Below, in pieces: positions 48,059-56,999 of a DNA stretch of 64,000 nt. The DNA comes from Candidatus Bathyarchaeota archaeon (GTDB lineage: Archaea; Thermoproteota; Bathyarchaeia; Bathyarchaeales; Bathycorpusculaceae): assembly GCA_963828195.1 (NCBI GenBank), contig CAWHDT010000007.1, positions 64,001-128,000 on the forward strand, read 5' to 3'. Position 1 is the stretch's first letter. Every line of letters starts with the position of its first letter. Made by a program: the position numbers and the translations under genes. The notes under the pieces are model-generated. The model saw only the letters and a program-made list of their open reading frames with translations, was not told the origin of the DNA and ran no database searches.

Positions 48059-50161
48059 ATGCATCTGAAAATTAACCCCCAAACAAAAATCCTATCACTA
48101 ATTATAATGGTAGCCTTAGTTTTCAGTCCAATATTCATGGCTCAAGCTGCAACCACTCAGACCCAAACTTCAGCCACCACAACTCTTCCAACTGCCCAAT
48201 TAACCACAACGTCAGAATACATAAACTATGTTCAGAATTTTGTGAACACCCAAGGAAACTGCACTTACATGGCAAAACCAATGTTTCCAGTACTAATCAA
48301 TGATTCTCAAATACCGATCGGTGAAAACTGGACCATCATATGTACTCTGCAAGCGGACCTTAACTATCATATTTACCTTTATGGTGCATGGGTAAACACT
48401 TCAGCCCAGGCGATAACGGACTATAACGTCTTCGTCTATGACCCGCTGGGAAACTTGGTCAGCTCCCACATCGAATCAGCCGGTTTTCCACCACATTTAG
48501 GCACAACTGTAAATGACACGTTTTTCACGCCGGCTCTATCGGGTAACTACTCGTTTGTTATATATAATAACCCGTTTGGAAGTAAAGGTGCTCAACAGGC
48601 AACTTTTATGATAATTCAAAATCTTGCCTGCGACACATGGTACAGTAGTTATGTCGAAGGCACAAGTAGCAGCCTCCCAAGTTTCTACACAAACTGGGCC
48701 TACGAGTTCGCAACCAACTCGTCACATGTTCAATTGTACATAAAGGTTCCAGATTCACTAGGCATGTATGAAGCTAGGCTTTACTTAATGAATAACGAGG
48801 AATCTCCAACTTTAAGTAATTTTCCACTGGCTTGGGAACCAGGTTTATACGGCAACCTAAGCGATTCGGTCGGCGGCTACAACTTTGAACCTAACGACTA
48901 CAGAGGCGTAGCATACACAACCGATGAACAGATGGGGCAATTCTTGACTCTAAATTACACCTCTCCGAATACTGGGGAAAATCTCTATCAGCTAGTGCTC
49001 ATAGGCAATGTAGGTGCAGGGAATATACAGTTAATGATGAAAGATGATTTTGAAAACGCTTCTTTGATATCTTCACCTATGACGATTTTCCCTTATACTC
49101 CGACCGGACTCACTTTTACCTCAACTAACAACAGCACTATTTTGGAGACCTCACAGCTTTTATACACTACCGACAACTGGGCCGACAATAATACTATCAA
49201 CATGAATGTTAACAATCAAATATGCAATGCCACGATTCCAGGCCAACCAACGGGAACACTGGTTCAATACCAAGTTAACGCAACTGATATTCTGGAAAAC
49301 ATCTTGTGCGCGGCGGGAAACTATACAGTGGAAAATGCTTCCTTAGCGCCTTCGATTGCTATTCCAAGTGAAGTTTTTCCTAATGAGCCCACCATAATGG
49401 CTTTCACGTCAAACAGCACTAATTTGGCGACAGCTCAACTGTCTTACACCGCCAACAATTGGACCAGCACCAATAACGTGAACATGAATATCAGCAACGA
49501 AACATGCAACGCCACAATCCCAGGCCAACCAGCAGGAACACTGGTTCAGTATCGAGTCAACGCAACGGATATTTTTGAAAATGGCTTCAGTACATCGGGC
49601 AACTACACGGTGAAAGATCCGTTGATGCTAAACATTACCTCATCAGAAAGCAAGATACGCCTTGGCGAAAACGTCACGGTTGACGGGGTTCTATCGCCTA
49701 ACTATTTCGAATACGACGCTGCCTTGAACGCCAATAGTTCTGTAACTGCTAGCGATCAAAACTCCACCGTTTCCTCGGCAGCTACTTCCAACTCTACTGG
49801 TTCTGCGGGTACTACGAGCCCTAATTATTCGATGGGTGCTCCAAACTACAATGATTCTATTATTGAAGTTCAGTTCAGCAGCATCAACTCCACCCAAACA
49901 GTCGATTGCCTAGTGAGCAGCAATGGTACTTTTGTTGCGTCTTTCAAACCTGACTCTTCTGGACTATGGGCTGTCGGTGCAGCGTGTCCTGAAACCCAAA
50001 CATCCTACAGCTGCATCAGCCAAGAGCTAACGGTGACAGTTAACCCGGTACCAATCTACGTTAAGGATGCCCTTTATATTGTGGCTGGATTAATGGCGCT
50101 TATAGCGGCTGGCGGAGCAGTCTACTTTTTGAAGTTCAGAAACAACAGTGGATTTCGATAG
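48059..50161 (+). CDS. Large secreted, C-terminally anchored surface protein with a duplicated ~87-aa domain
   Basis: Signal peptide, many N-x-S/T sequons, two YT.(D/N)NW...CNATIPGQP.GTLVQY.VNATD repeats, C-terminal TM helix. Confidence 0.75.
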   Translation: MHLKINPQTKILSLIIMVALVFSPIFMAQAATTQTQTSATTTLPTAQLTTTSEYINYVQNFVNTQGNCTYMAKPMFPVLINDSQIPIGENWTIICTLQADLNYHIYLYGAWVNTSAQAITDYNVFVYDPLGNLVSSHIESAGFPPHLGTTVNDTFFTPALSGNYSFVIYNNPFGSKGAQQATFMIIQNLACDTWYSSYVEGTSSSLPSFYTNWAYEFATNSSHVQLYIKVPDSLGMYEARLYLMNNEESPTLSNFPLAWEPGLYGNLSDSVGGYNFEPNDYRGVAYTTDEQMGQFLTLNYTSPNTGENLYQLVLIGNVGAGNIQLMMKDDFENASLISSPMTIFPYTPTGLTFTSTNNSTILETSQLLYTTDNWADNNTINMNVNNQICNATIPGQPTGTLVQYQVNATDILENILCAAGNYTVENASLAPSIAIPSEVFPNEPTIMAFTSNSTNLATAQLSYTANNWTSTNNVNMNISNETCNATIPGQPAGTLVQYRVNATDIFENGFSTSGNYTVKDPLMLNITSSESKIRLGENVTVDGVLSPNYFEYDAALNANSSVTASDQNSTVSSAATSNSTGSAGTTSPNYSMGAPNYNDSIIEVQFSSINSTQTVDCLVSSNGTFVASFKPDSSGLWAVGAACPETQTSYSCISQELTVTVNPVPIYVKDALYIVAGLMALIAAGGAVYFLKFRNNSGFR

Positions 50162-50266
50162 ATACCCTCAGACGCTGAAGGCAAGTTCTCCTATGCAATT
50201 GAAGGAAGCCACAAAACTTATTTCATAATCAACGAGTAACATCAGTAGAAGCAGAAGCTGGGTAAG

Positions 50267-50578
50267 ATGGATAATTTTATTCCTGTTTTAGAAGAAAAAG
50301 AGTTGCAAGAAGGTACAATGAAGCTTGTGTCAGTTGAAGGGTGCCCAATTTTACTGGTTAAGCAGTCTGGCCAAATTTTTGCTATCGATAACCGCTGTCC
50401 ACACATGGGCTGTGCTTTTTCAGGCGGGTCCCTTGATGGTTTCGTAATTGTTTGCCCCTGTCACGATTGGCGCTTTGATTTGAAAACAGGTGAGTATGAA
50501 GATGAGCCGTCAATAAAACTAAAATTTTACGAGTGGAAAATTGAGTCTGGCAAAATCTGGATAAAACTCGAAGAATAA
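50267..50578 (+). CDS. Rieske [2Fe-2S] ferredoxin
   Basis: NRCPHMG...VCPCHDWRFDLKTG; no signal peptide. Confidence 0.92.
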   Translation: MDNFIPVLEEKELQEGTMKLVSVEGCPILLVKQSGQIFAIDNRCPHMGCAFSGGSLDGFVIVCPCHDWRFDLKTGEYEDEPSIKLKFYEWKIESGKIWIKLEE

Positions 50579-50590
50579 ACTTAAGGACCA

Positions 50591-51523
50591 CTAATCTGCG
50601 GCGCATGAGATAGCTTCATTTTTGAACTGATATTTTTTGCAAAATTCCCAGAAAGCTTCGGATTCTTTGAGAAGCGGCATTTTTGGTCGTACCATGTATA
50701 GTTTTCTTGGGCTTTTCGCTTCCTTAATTTTAAGTATTTTTACTAAGCCTGCGGCTTGAGCTTTATTTGCGGCGATTGAGGAGATTATGCTTATTCCGCG
50801 TCCTTCTGAGACAGCGGTTATCACTGATTCGGTGCTTCCAAGCTCCAATCCGATCCCTAACTTTTCCAAGGGGAACTTGTTATTTTCAAAAAAGCGTTCA
50901 ATCTCTTTTCTAGTTCCAGAAGTTTCTTCACGGCTGATGAAAGGAAAGCTGATAATTTCAATTAGCTTAACCGATTCTTGCTTGACTAATTCGTGATTGC
51001 AGGGGACAATTAGAACCAGTTCTTCTTCGCCGATTTCGATAGTATCAAATTTTTCTTCATACCTTAATATTGTCCCAACTGCTGCGAAATCCACATCCTT
51101 AGCTTGCAAGCTTTGAAGGCTTGTTATACTGTCTTGCGCTTTTATCTTAAATCGTATGGCAGGATGCTTTTTTTGAAATCCAGCGATTAAACTGGGAATT
51201 ATATGTTCTCCAGGTATGGTGCTCGCGGCAATTTTTATTGTTCCTGACATGTTTTGTTTAGCCGAGGAGATTTTTGCTTTTGCGTCCTGGGCTTCTTGAA
51301 GTATTTTTTCCGCGGCTTCTTTAATGGTTGCTCCTGCTTCGGTGACGTCTACGCCGTTACCTGAACGCTGGAATAATGCTGCATCGAAGTATGCTTCTAA
51401 TGCCGCTATGTGGTGGCTGACTGTGCCTTGGCTTGTTCCAAGTTCTTTAGCTGCTGTTGAGAAACTACGTGTCCGCGTTACTGTGAGGAATGTTTTGAGA
51501 TAGTCGAACCTTATGGTTTCCAT
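50591..51523 (-). CDS. LysR-family regulator (CysL-like / selenium-metabolism-associated type)
   Basis: SFSTAAKELGTSQGTVSHHIAALE; AASTIPGEH; REETSGTR; ELGSTESV. Confidence 0.9.
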   Translation of the reverse strand: METIRFDYLKTFLTVTRTRSFSTAAKELGTSQGTVSHHIAALEAYFDAALFQRSGNGVDVTEAGATIKEAAEKILQEAQDAKAKISSAKQNMSGTIKIAASTIPGEHIIPSLIAGFQKKHPAIRFKIKAQDSITSLQSLQAKDVDFAAVGTILRYEEKFDTIEIGEEELVLIVPCNHELVKQESVKLIEIISFPFISREETSGTRKEIERFFENNKFPLEKLGIGLELGSTESVITAVSEGRGISIISSIAANKAQAAGLVKILKIKEAKSPRKLYMVRPKMPLLKESEAFWEFCKKYQFKNEAISCAAD

Positions 51524-51648
51524 GTGTGCTACAACCTCATTTGCATTGTTATTCTTCGTTAGAATGTTTATATGTTATTTGTTTTGATAGAAAACGCTTA
51601 TATTAGTTTTTTTAATAACTGCTATTCAGTAAGTTGAGGTTGAATGAC

Positions 51649-51999
51649 ATGGCAACATTCACATTAATAATATATGAAGCTCCATACGCAAAAGAACGAG
51701 CGCTATCAGCTTTAAGGTTCGCATGGACCTGCGACGTGGAAGGTCACAAAGTAAGAATTTGGCTGTTTGAAAACGGCGTATATCTAGCCAAGAAAGGACA
51801 AAAACCTGCTCAGGGCTTAACCAATTACGGCCAAATGCTTGAAGACTTAATGAAAGGCGGCACCGAAGTGAAAGCCTGCGTCGTCTGCGTAGACGCCCGT
51901 GGCTTAACGCAACCTGACTTGATTGATGGGGTAAAAATCGCGACCGTTCATGAACTTGTTGAGTGGACAGTTAACAGTGACAAAGTCATCGTGTTTTAG
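51649..51999 (+). CDS. DsrE-family sulfur-relay protein
   Basis: EAPY..ER..ALRFA, ENGVY.AKKGQ, ACVVCVDARG. Confidence 0.88.
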   Translation: MATFTLIIYEAPYAKERALSALRFAWTCDVEGHKVRIWLFENGVYLAKKGQKPAQGLTNYGQMLEDLMKGGTEVKACVVCVDARGLTQPDLIDGVKIATVHELVEWTVNSDKVIVF

Positions 52000-52232
52000 T
52001 GACTATTTTGGACATTGAAAGGTTGGATGTTAAAGGGAAAATGTGCCCCATGCCTGTGGCGTTTACTAAGCGGAAGCTTGAAAGCATGGCTTCAGGGCAG
52101 TTGCTTGAGGTCGTAGGTGAAGGGGAATTGGAGTTTGACAATATTCAGCGTTGGGTTAAGAATAATGGGCATGAGGTTGTTGAGGCGGCTAAGTCTAGTG
52201 CGGAGTTCAGGGTGTTGATTAAAAAACACTGA
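51999..52232 (+). CDS. TusA/SirA/YedF-family sulfur carrier
   Basis: LDVKGKMCPMP, GQLLEV, GHEV. Confidence 0.9.
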   Translation: MTILDIERLDVKGKMCPMPVAFTKRKLESMASGQLLEVVGEGELEFDNIQRWVKNNGHEVVEAAKSSAEFRVLIKKH

Positions 52233-52312
52233 TTTCCCATCAATTTTTCTAATATTGCTTATCAATAATTTTAATAATCAGCGACTGCACACCTTCCCAA
52301 GCAGTGATCACA

Positions 52313-53599
52313 ATGACTGAAAAATATGTTGAAATGTGGAAAAACCTCGGAATGGACATCGAAAGACACAACCAACTCCTAAACGGTCTAGGCCAATATT
52401 ACACAAACACAGTATTATCCCAAAAAAACAGACCCAAAAAAATGGATTACTTCGACTTCGTTGTCTCTGAAGTTCACGGTTTAAGAATCAAAGAACTCAA
52501 CGACCTAAGAGAACAGGGAAAGAAAGTGGTGGGCGCATTTTGCATTTACGCACCCGAAGAAATAGCTTACGCGGCAGACGCAACAATGGTCGGGCTATGT
52601 GGAGGGGCAGACTTCTCAGTTCCCGACGCCGAAGCCGTTTTACCCCGAAACCTTTGCCCACTCATAAAGTCATTTTACGGCTTCAAACTAAACCGCACCT
52701 GCCCATACTTCCAGTCCAGCGACCTCGTTGTAGGAGAAACAACTTGTGACGGCAAAAAGAAAGTCTATGAACTCTTAAACGAGCTTGTCCCAACCTACGT
52801 ACTTGAAGTTCCGCACAAACCTGACACGGCTCAAGGCAAAGCTTTCTGGTTTAAAGAGTTAGAAGCCTTTATGGTTGAAATGGAGAAGCTTACAGGCAAC
52901 AAGATAACGGCAAAAAAACTAAAAGAAGCCATAGAACTCATAAACGACAAACGCAGAGCCCTCAAACGTTTATCCGATTTACGTGCAAATTCGCCCTCGC
53001 CAATCAGCGGGTTAGACGGCTTGCTTATTGACCAAATAGGCTTTATGGATGACGTTAAACGTTTCACTTCTAAGGTGAATGAGCTCTGTGATGAACTGGA
53101 TCAGCGCGTTTCTAAAGGTGAAGGAGTGGCAGACAAGGACGCACCCCGAATAATGATTTCAGGCTCTCCCATGGCGGTTCCCAACTGGAAAGTGCACAGC
53201 ATTGCTGAGTCTCTTGGCGCAACGGTGGTTGCCGAAGAAAGCTGCGTGGGAACAAGATACTTTACTGATTTGGTGGAGCCCAAGGGCGAAAACTTGAAGG
53301 AGATGCTTTGGGCTATAGACGAAAAATACTCCAAAATCCCCTGCGCCTGCTTCACACCAAACAACCGACGAATAGAAAGCATTACCCAGCTTGCAAAGCA
53401 ATTCAACGTAGAAGGCGTAATCTACTATACACTTCAAAACTGCCATGACTACAATGTTGAAGGTGTCAAAGTAGAGCGAGCACTCAAAGCCCAAGACCTG
53501 CCGATGCTGAAGATCGAAACCGACTACACAATGGGTGACTCTGAACAAATCAAAACCAGAATTCAAGCCTTCATGGAAATCCTGCAGGCAAAAAGGTAA
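52313..53599 (+). CDS. Double-cubane cluster protein (DCCP; 2-hydroxyacyl-CoA dehydratase-like reductase)
   Basis: FCIYAPEE, GLCGG, PRNLCPLIKS, CPYF, ETTCDGKKK, EESCVG, CACFTPN, QNCH, IETDY. Confidence 0.85.
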   Translation: MTEKYVEMWKNLGMDIERHNQLLNGLGQYYTNTVLSQKNRPKKMDYFDFVVSEVHGLRIKELNDLREQGKKVVGAFCIYAPEEIAYAADATMVGLCGGADFSVPDAEAVLPRNLCPLIKSFYGFKLNRTCPYFQSSDLVVGETTCDGKKKVYELLNELVPTYVLEVPHKPDTAQGKAFWFKELEAFMVEMEKLTGNKITAKKLKEAIELINDKRRALKRLSDLRANSPSPISGLDGLLIDQIGFMDDVKRFTSKVNELCDELDQRVSKGEGVADKDAPRIMISGSPMAVPNWKVHSIAESLGATVVAEESCVGTRYFTDLVEPKGENLKEMLWAIDEKYSKIPCACFTPNNRRIESITQLAKQFNVEGVIYYTLQNCHDYNVEGVKVERALKAQDLPMLKIETDYTMGDSEQIKTRIQAFMEILQAKR

Positions 53600-53707
53600 C
53601 CAAACCTTTTTCCACAATTTTTATCTTTAAATATTTTCAAACCATTGGAAATATGTTAGCATTGTTTCTCGGAACGCCAAAGAAACGTTAGGTTTGGAGG
53701 AAACAAG

Positions 53708-54727
53708 TTGACTTACAGGTTAACTAAAGCAGTTCCAGTTCATGGTTGCAGCTGCAAGCTTCCGCAGTACCAACTGGGCATGTTGTTGGATAAAGCTGGT
53801 TTAACAGCTGATTTCGGCGAAGAGGTCTTGGCTGGTCCTTGGGAAAACGCGAGCGTTGTAAAAATCGCTGATGGAATCGTCGTTTTGAACACGCTTGATT
53901 TTTTTACGCCTATGGTTGATGAACCTGAAATTCAAGGCAGAATTGCGGGAAGCAACGTTACCAGCGACATTTATGCTTTGGCTGTTACCAAGATTGTTAG
54001 CGTTTTATCTATCCTGGCTTTTCCCGAGAACATGCCTGCCGAGTTAGCTGTGGGCATGCTGAAGGGGTTTGGAGATTTTTGCCGAGAAATGGGTGCACCC
54101 GTGGTTGGGGGACACACGATTCGGAATCCTTGGCCAATCATCGGCGGTGCTGCGACTGGTGTGGGTGACCCAGAAAAAATCGTTTATACTCGTGGAGCCA
54201 AAGTTGGTGACCGATTATTTTTGACCAAGCCGCTGGGGATTGCGCCTGCAATGGCTGCGTACAGGCTCAGGAAAGAGGAAGAAGGACAAGAATTGCTAAA
54301 AGAGGTTCCAGAAGAACTGATCGAAGCAGCGGTTGATGAAGCCATTGAGGGAATGATTAGTTCTAATAAGCCTGTTGCTGAAGCGATGCAGAAGGTTCCA
54401 GTTCACGCCGCCACTGATGTGACGGGCTTCGGTCTCAAGGGCCATGCTGGAAACATGGCAGTGCTGGGTAAAGTTGACATCGTTATTAATCAGTTGCCAG
54501 TTATCCGCGGAACCCCATTTTTAGCGGAAATTTTTGGTTACCCGTTGCTGCAGGGCGAGGCGAAAGAAACGGCTGGTGGAATGCTGATTGCCGTGGCTAA
54601 AGAGAACGTCGATGCTTTGCTGGAAGAGTTAGATAAGCGTAAGGTTAGGCATTTTGAAGTCGGCTGCGTCACCGAAGGCTGCGGGAATGTTAACGTAGTC
54701 AAAAACGCGAAAGTCATAGAAGCGTAA
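53708..54727 (+). CDS. selD: Selenide, water dikinase (SelD family), Cys form
   Basis: RLT...HGCSCK, DFFTP.VDEP, N..SDIYA, GGHT, LTKPLG, TDVTGFGL.GH, ETAGG. Confidence 0.88.
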   Translation: MTYRLTKAVPVHGCSCKLPQYQLGMLLDKAGLTADFGEEVLAGPWENASVVKIADGIVVLNTLDFFTPMVDEPEIQGRIAGSNVTSDIYALAVTKIVSVLSILAFPENMPAELAVGMLKGFGDFCREMGAPVVGGHTIRNPWPIIGGAATGVGDPEKIVYTRGAKVGDRLFLTKPLGIAPAMAAYRLRKEEEGQELLKEVPEELIEAAVDEAIEGMISSNKPVAEAMQKVPVHAATDVTGFGLKGHAGNMAVLGKVDIVINQLPVIRGTPFLAEIFGYPLLQGEAKETAGGMLIAVAKENVDALLEELDKRKVRHFEVGCVTEGCGNVNVVKNAKVIEA

Positions 54728-54797
54728 CATCGCAATTTGGGCGAAATAGCTAAACTTAATTGTCTAAGGTCTGTAAGTAACAAGTGGTGACTAACCT

Positions 54798-55127
54798 GTG
54801 TGTGCTTTGAGCTATGCGATTAAGCTTTGGATGGTCAACGAAAAGAATGAAGCAGTTTTCGGCGATGGTTTAGCTGAATTGATAGAGGAAATTGATAAAT
54901 ACCATTCGATATTGGCGGCTGCAGAGAACATGCACATGTCTTACCGGTATGCGCTGCATCGGATTACTTTGGCAGAGGAACGGCTTGGTCAACTGCTGGT
55001 TACCCGGGTCCGCGGCGGAGCCAAGGGCGGGGGATCTTCGGAGGTTACTGATTTCGGTCGAAATTTAGTTAAGCGATACCGAAATGCTCAAGCGGAGCTT
55101 GACAAAATACTTAAAAAAATGCCATAA
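54798..55127 (+). CDS. ModE-family winged-helix regulator (DNA-binding domain only)
   Basis: FGDGLAEL..ID..SILAAA..M.MSYR...RGGAKGGGS. Confidence 0.85.
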   Translation: MCALSYAIKLWMVNEKNEAVFGDGLAELIEEIDKYHSILAAAENMHMSYRYALHRITLAEERLGQLLVTRVRGGAKGGGSSEVTDFGRNLVKRYRNAQAELDKILKKMP

Positions 55128-55232
55128 ACTGCTATGTAATGTTTTCAAGCGACGGCTGGCTGGCGCATTTTTGCAAATTTTTTCATTATTTTTTGTCCAG
55201 TGCTTTTTGTTTCCAAGAAATGTTTATAACAT

Positions 55233-55258
55233 TCGATATTACTGATTGATAACATCGA
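55233..55258. promoter_or_regulatory. Candidate ModE operator
   Basis: TCGATATTA-N8-TAACATCGA inverted repeat (8/9) between a TTTATA box and the modA start. Confidence 0.5.
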
Positions 55259-55263
55259 GAAGG

Positions 55264-56124
55264 ATGAAAATGAACAAAAAATATCTCGCTACTGCATTAA
55301 TAGTCATAATAATTGTAGCTGGAGCAGTTGGCTATCTAGCATACAACGGAACATTCTCGGCTAAGAAACCCTCTCTGATAGTTTTCGCAGCATCAAGCAT
55401 GACTAACGTCATCGCCAACATGACCCAAGCATTCGAAAACGCAAACAACTGCAAAATAGTGGTTAACTCCGCCTCATCAAGCACCTTAGAAACACAAATC
55501 ACTTCGGGCTCACCATGCGATGTCTTCATGTCAGCTAACAACAAATGGAACGTAGCGCTAGATACTGCTGGACTTCTGTACCAAAACTACTACGATAATT
55601 TCACGACAAACAGCCTTTGCATCATAGTGGCGGCAGGAAACCCGAAAAACATCACCTCAATGGCAAGTTTAGTTAACCCTGGGGTAAGACTAATTGTGGC
55701 AGACGCGTCGGTTCCTGTAGGTGAATACGCAAACGACACCGTTTATAACATCGCGGCAACATGGGGCAACGCTAGCAGCCCACTTTACGTTACCTCAGGC
55801 GCTTACCTAAATTACCCAACAAAGTTTGCGGCAAACGTGGTTTCCTATGAAGACACCGATGAAAACATAGTTGGAGACGTCTCCCTCAACATAGGCCAAG
55901 CTGACGCAGGCATAGTATTTTACTCTGACTGGGCATACGGCAACATGACGGGCGCTCAAGTACAGTTCATTCAAATACCTAACTCTGTAAACACTGTCGG
56001 CAATTACGGCATATGTATTCCCAGCGAAGCAACTCACATAGCTTTAGCGCAAACGTTCGAGAATTACTGGCTTTCATCACAGGGACAAGCACTGCTCACG
56101 CAATTCGGGTTCGGAACCACCTAA
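55264..56124 (+). CDS. modA: Molybdate ABC transporter substrate-binding protein
   Basis: VFAASSM, SSSTL..QI..G...DVFMSA, SVPVGEYA, ADAGIVF.SD. Confidence 0.9.
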   Translation: MKMNKKYLATALIVIIIVAGAVGYLAYNGTFSAKKPSLIVFAASSMTNVIANMTQAFENANNCKIVVNSASSSTLETQITSGSPCDVFMSANNKWNVALDTAGLLYQNYYDNFTTNSLCIIVAAGNPKNITSMASLVNPGVRLIVADASVPVGEYANDTVYNIAATWGNASSPLYVTSGAYLNYPTKFAANVVSYEDTDENIVGDVSLNIGQADAGIVFYSDWAYGNMTGAQVQFIQIPNSVNTVGNYGICIPSEATHIALAQTFENYWLSSQGQALLTQFGFGTT

Positions 56125-56180
56125 AAGTGCATATAAGGCACTCCTCACCCTTTTTTTAACTAATTAACCAGCGTGAAATA

Positions 56181-56999
56181 TTGAAACGTACCTTCCGTAA
56201 TTCGTTTTCAGATAAGTTTGTACTGGTAATTCTGGGTCTAATAGTATTAACCTATTTTCTTTTTGTTGCTATTCCGATAATTGGGATCTTTTTGAAAATC
56301 GATCCGGGCCAAGTCAACGCCCAACTGCATAACTCTGCGATAATAGACGCCATACAACTTAGCTTATTTACATCAGGTTCGGCGACCTTGATTGCTTTTG
56401 TCTTAGCCGTGCCAACAGGTTATTTCATGGCGACAAGGAATTTCCCTGGGAAAGCAGCCCTTGATACATTGATGGATTTACCCATCTTGCTGCCGCCTGC
56501 AGTTGCAGGCATAGTGCTGCTGTATGCTTTCGCGCCAAAAGGGATCTTGGGACCCGTATTCAACCGACTGGGATTAATTATTCCGGGAACCACAATAGCG
56601 GTTATTATTGCTGAAACTTTTGTGGCGTCTCCGTTTCTTTTAAGAGCTTCCAAAACTGGGTTTGAAAACATGGATAAAGATATCATTAATAGTGCAAAAA
56701 TGTTAAGCGGCTCCCGTCTTAGGGTATTCTTTACAATCACTTTTCCATTATCAATTCGAGCAATAATTTCTGGGACGATTGAGACGTGGGCAAGAGCTAT
56801 GGGTGAGTTTGGTGCAACGTTAATGTTTGCTGGAAACCTGCCCGGTATAACGCAGACGATGCCTCTTGCAATATATGTGCTGCTGTATTCTGATCCGTTA
56901 GGAGGCGTCATGTTAGCCATTATCTTAATCATCATCGCATTTTCAATACTTATAGCCGTCCGGCTGCTAACACAAAAAAGGTTCGGGCTCAAAAAATGA
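56181..56999 (+). CDS. modB: Molybdate ABC transporter permease
   Basis: DLPILLPPAVAG, WARAMGEFGATLMFAGN, TQTMPLAIY. Confidence 0.92.
   Translation: MKRTFRNSFSDKFVLVILGLIVLTYFLFVAIPIIGIFLKIDPGQVNAQLHNSAIIDAIQLSLFTSGSATLIAFVLAVPTGYFMATRNFPGKAALDTLMDLPILLPPAVAGIVLLYAFAPKGILGPVFNRLGLIIPGTTIAVIIAETFVASPFLLRASKTGFENMDKDIINSAKMLSGSRLRVFFTITFPLSIRAIISGTIETWARAMGEFGATLMFAGNLPGITQTMPLAIYVLLYSDPLGGVMLAIILIIIAFSILIAVRLLTQKRFGLKK

Noticed and set aside
50267-50578. Rieske subunit of a bc-type complex feeding the oxidase
   Set aside because: No Tat signal or TM anchor, ferredoxin-type size and no cytochrome b gene in the window
53664-53686. GTTTCT-N11-AGAAAC hairpin upstream of selD as a SECIS element
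   Set aside because: Only a 6-bp AT-rich stem, no convincing archaeal SECIS geometry and no UGA to recode
51649-54727. Selenocysteine (UGA) recoding in the selD cluster
   Set aside because: All putative active-site positions are Cys codons. The TGA ending tusA falls at the normal family C-terminus and is followed by AT-rich sequence and a TAA.
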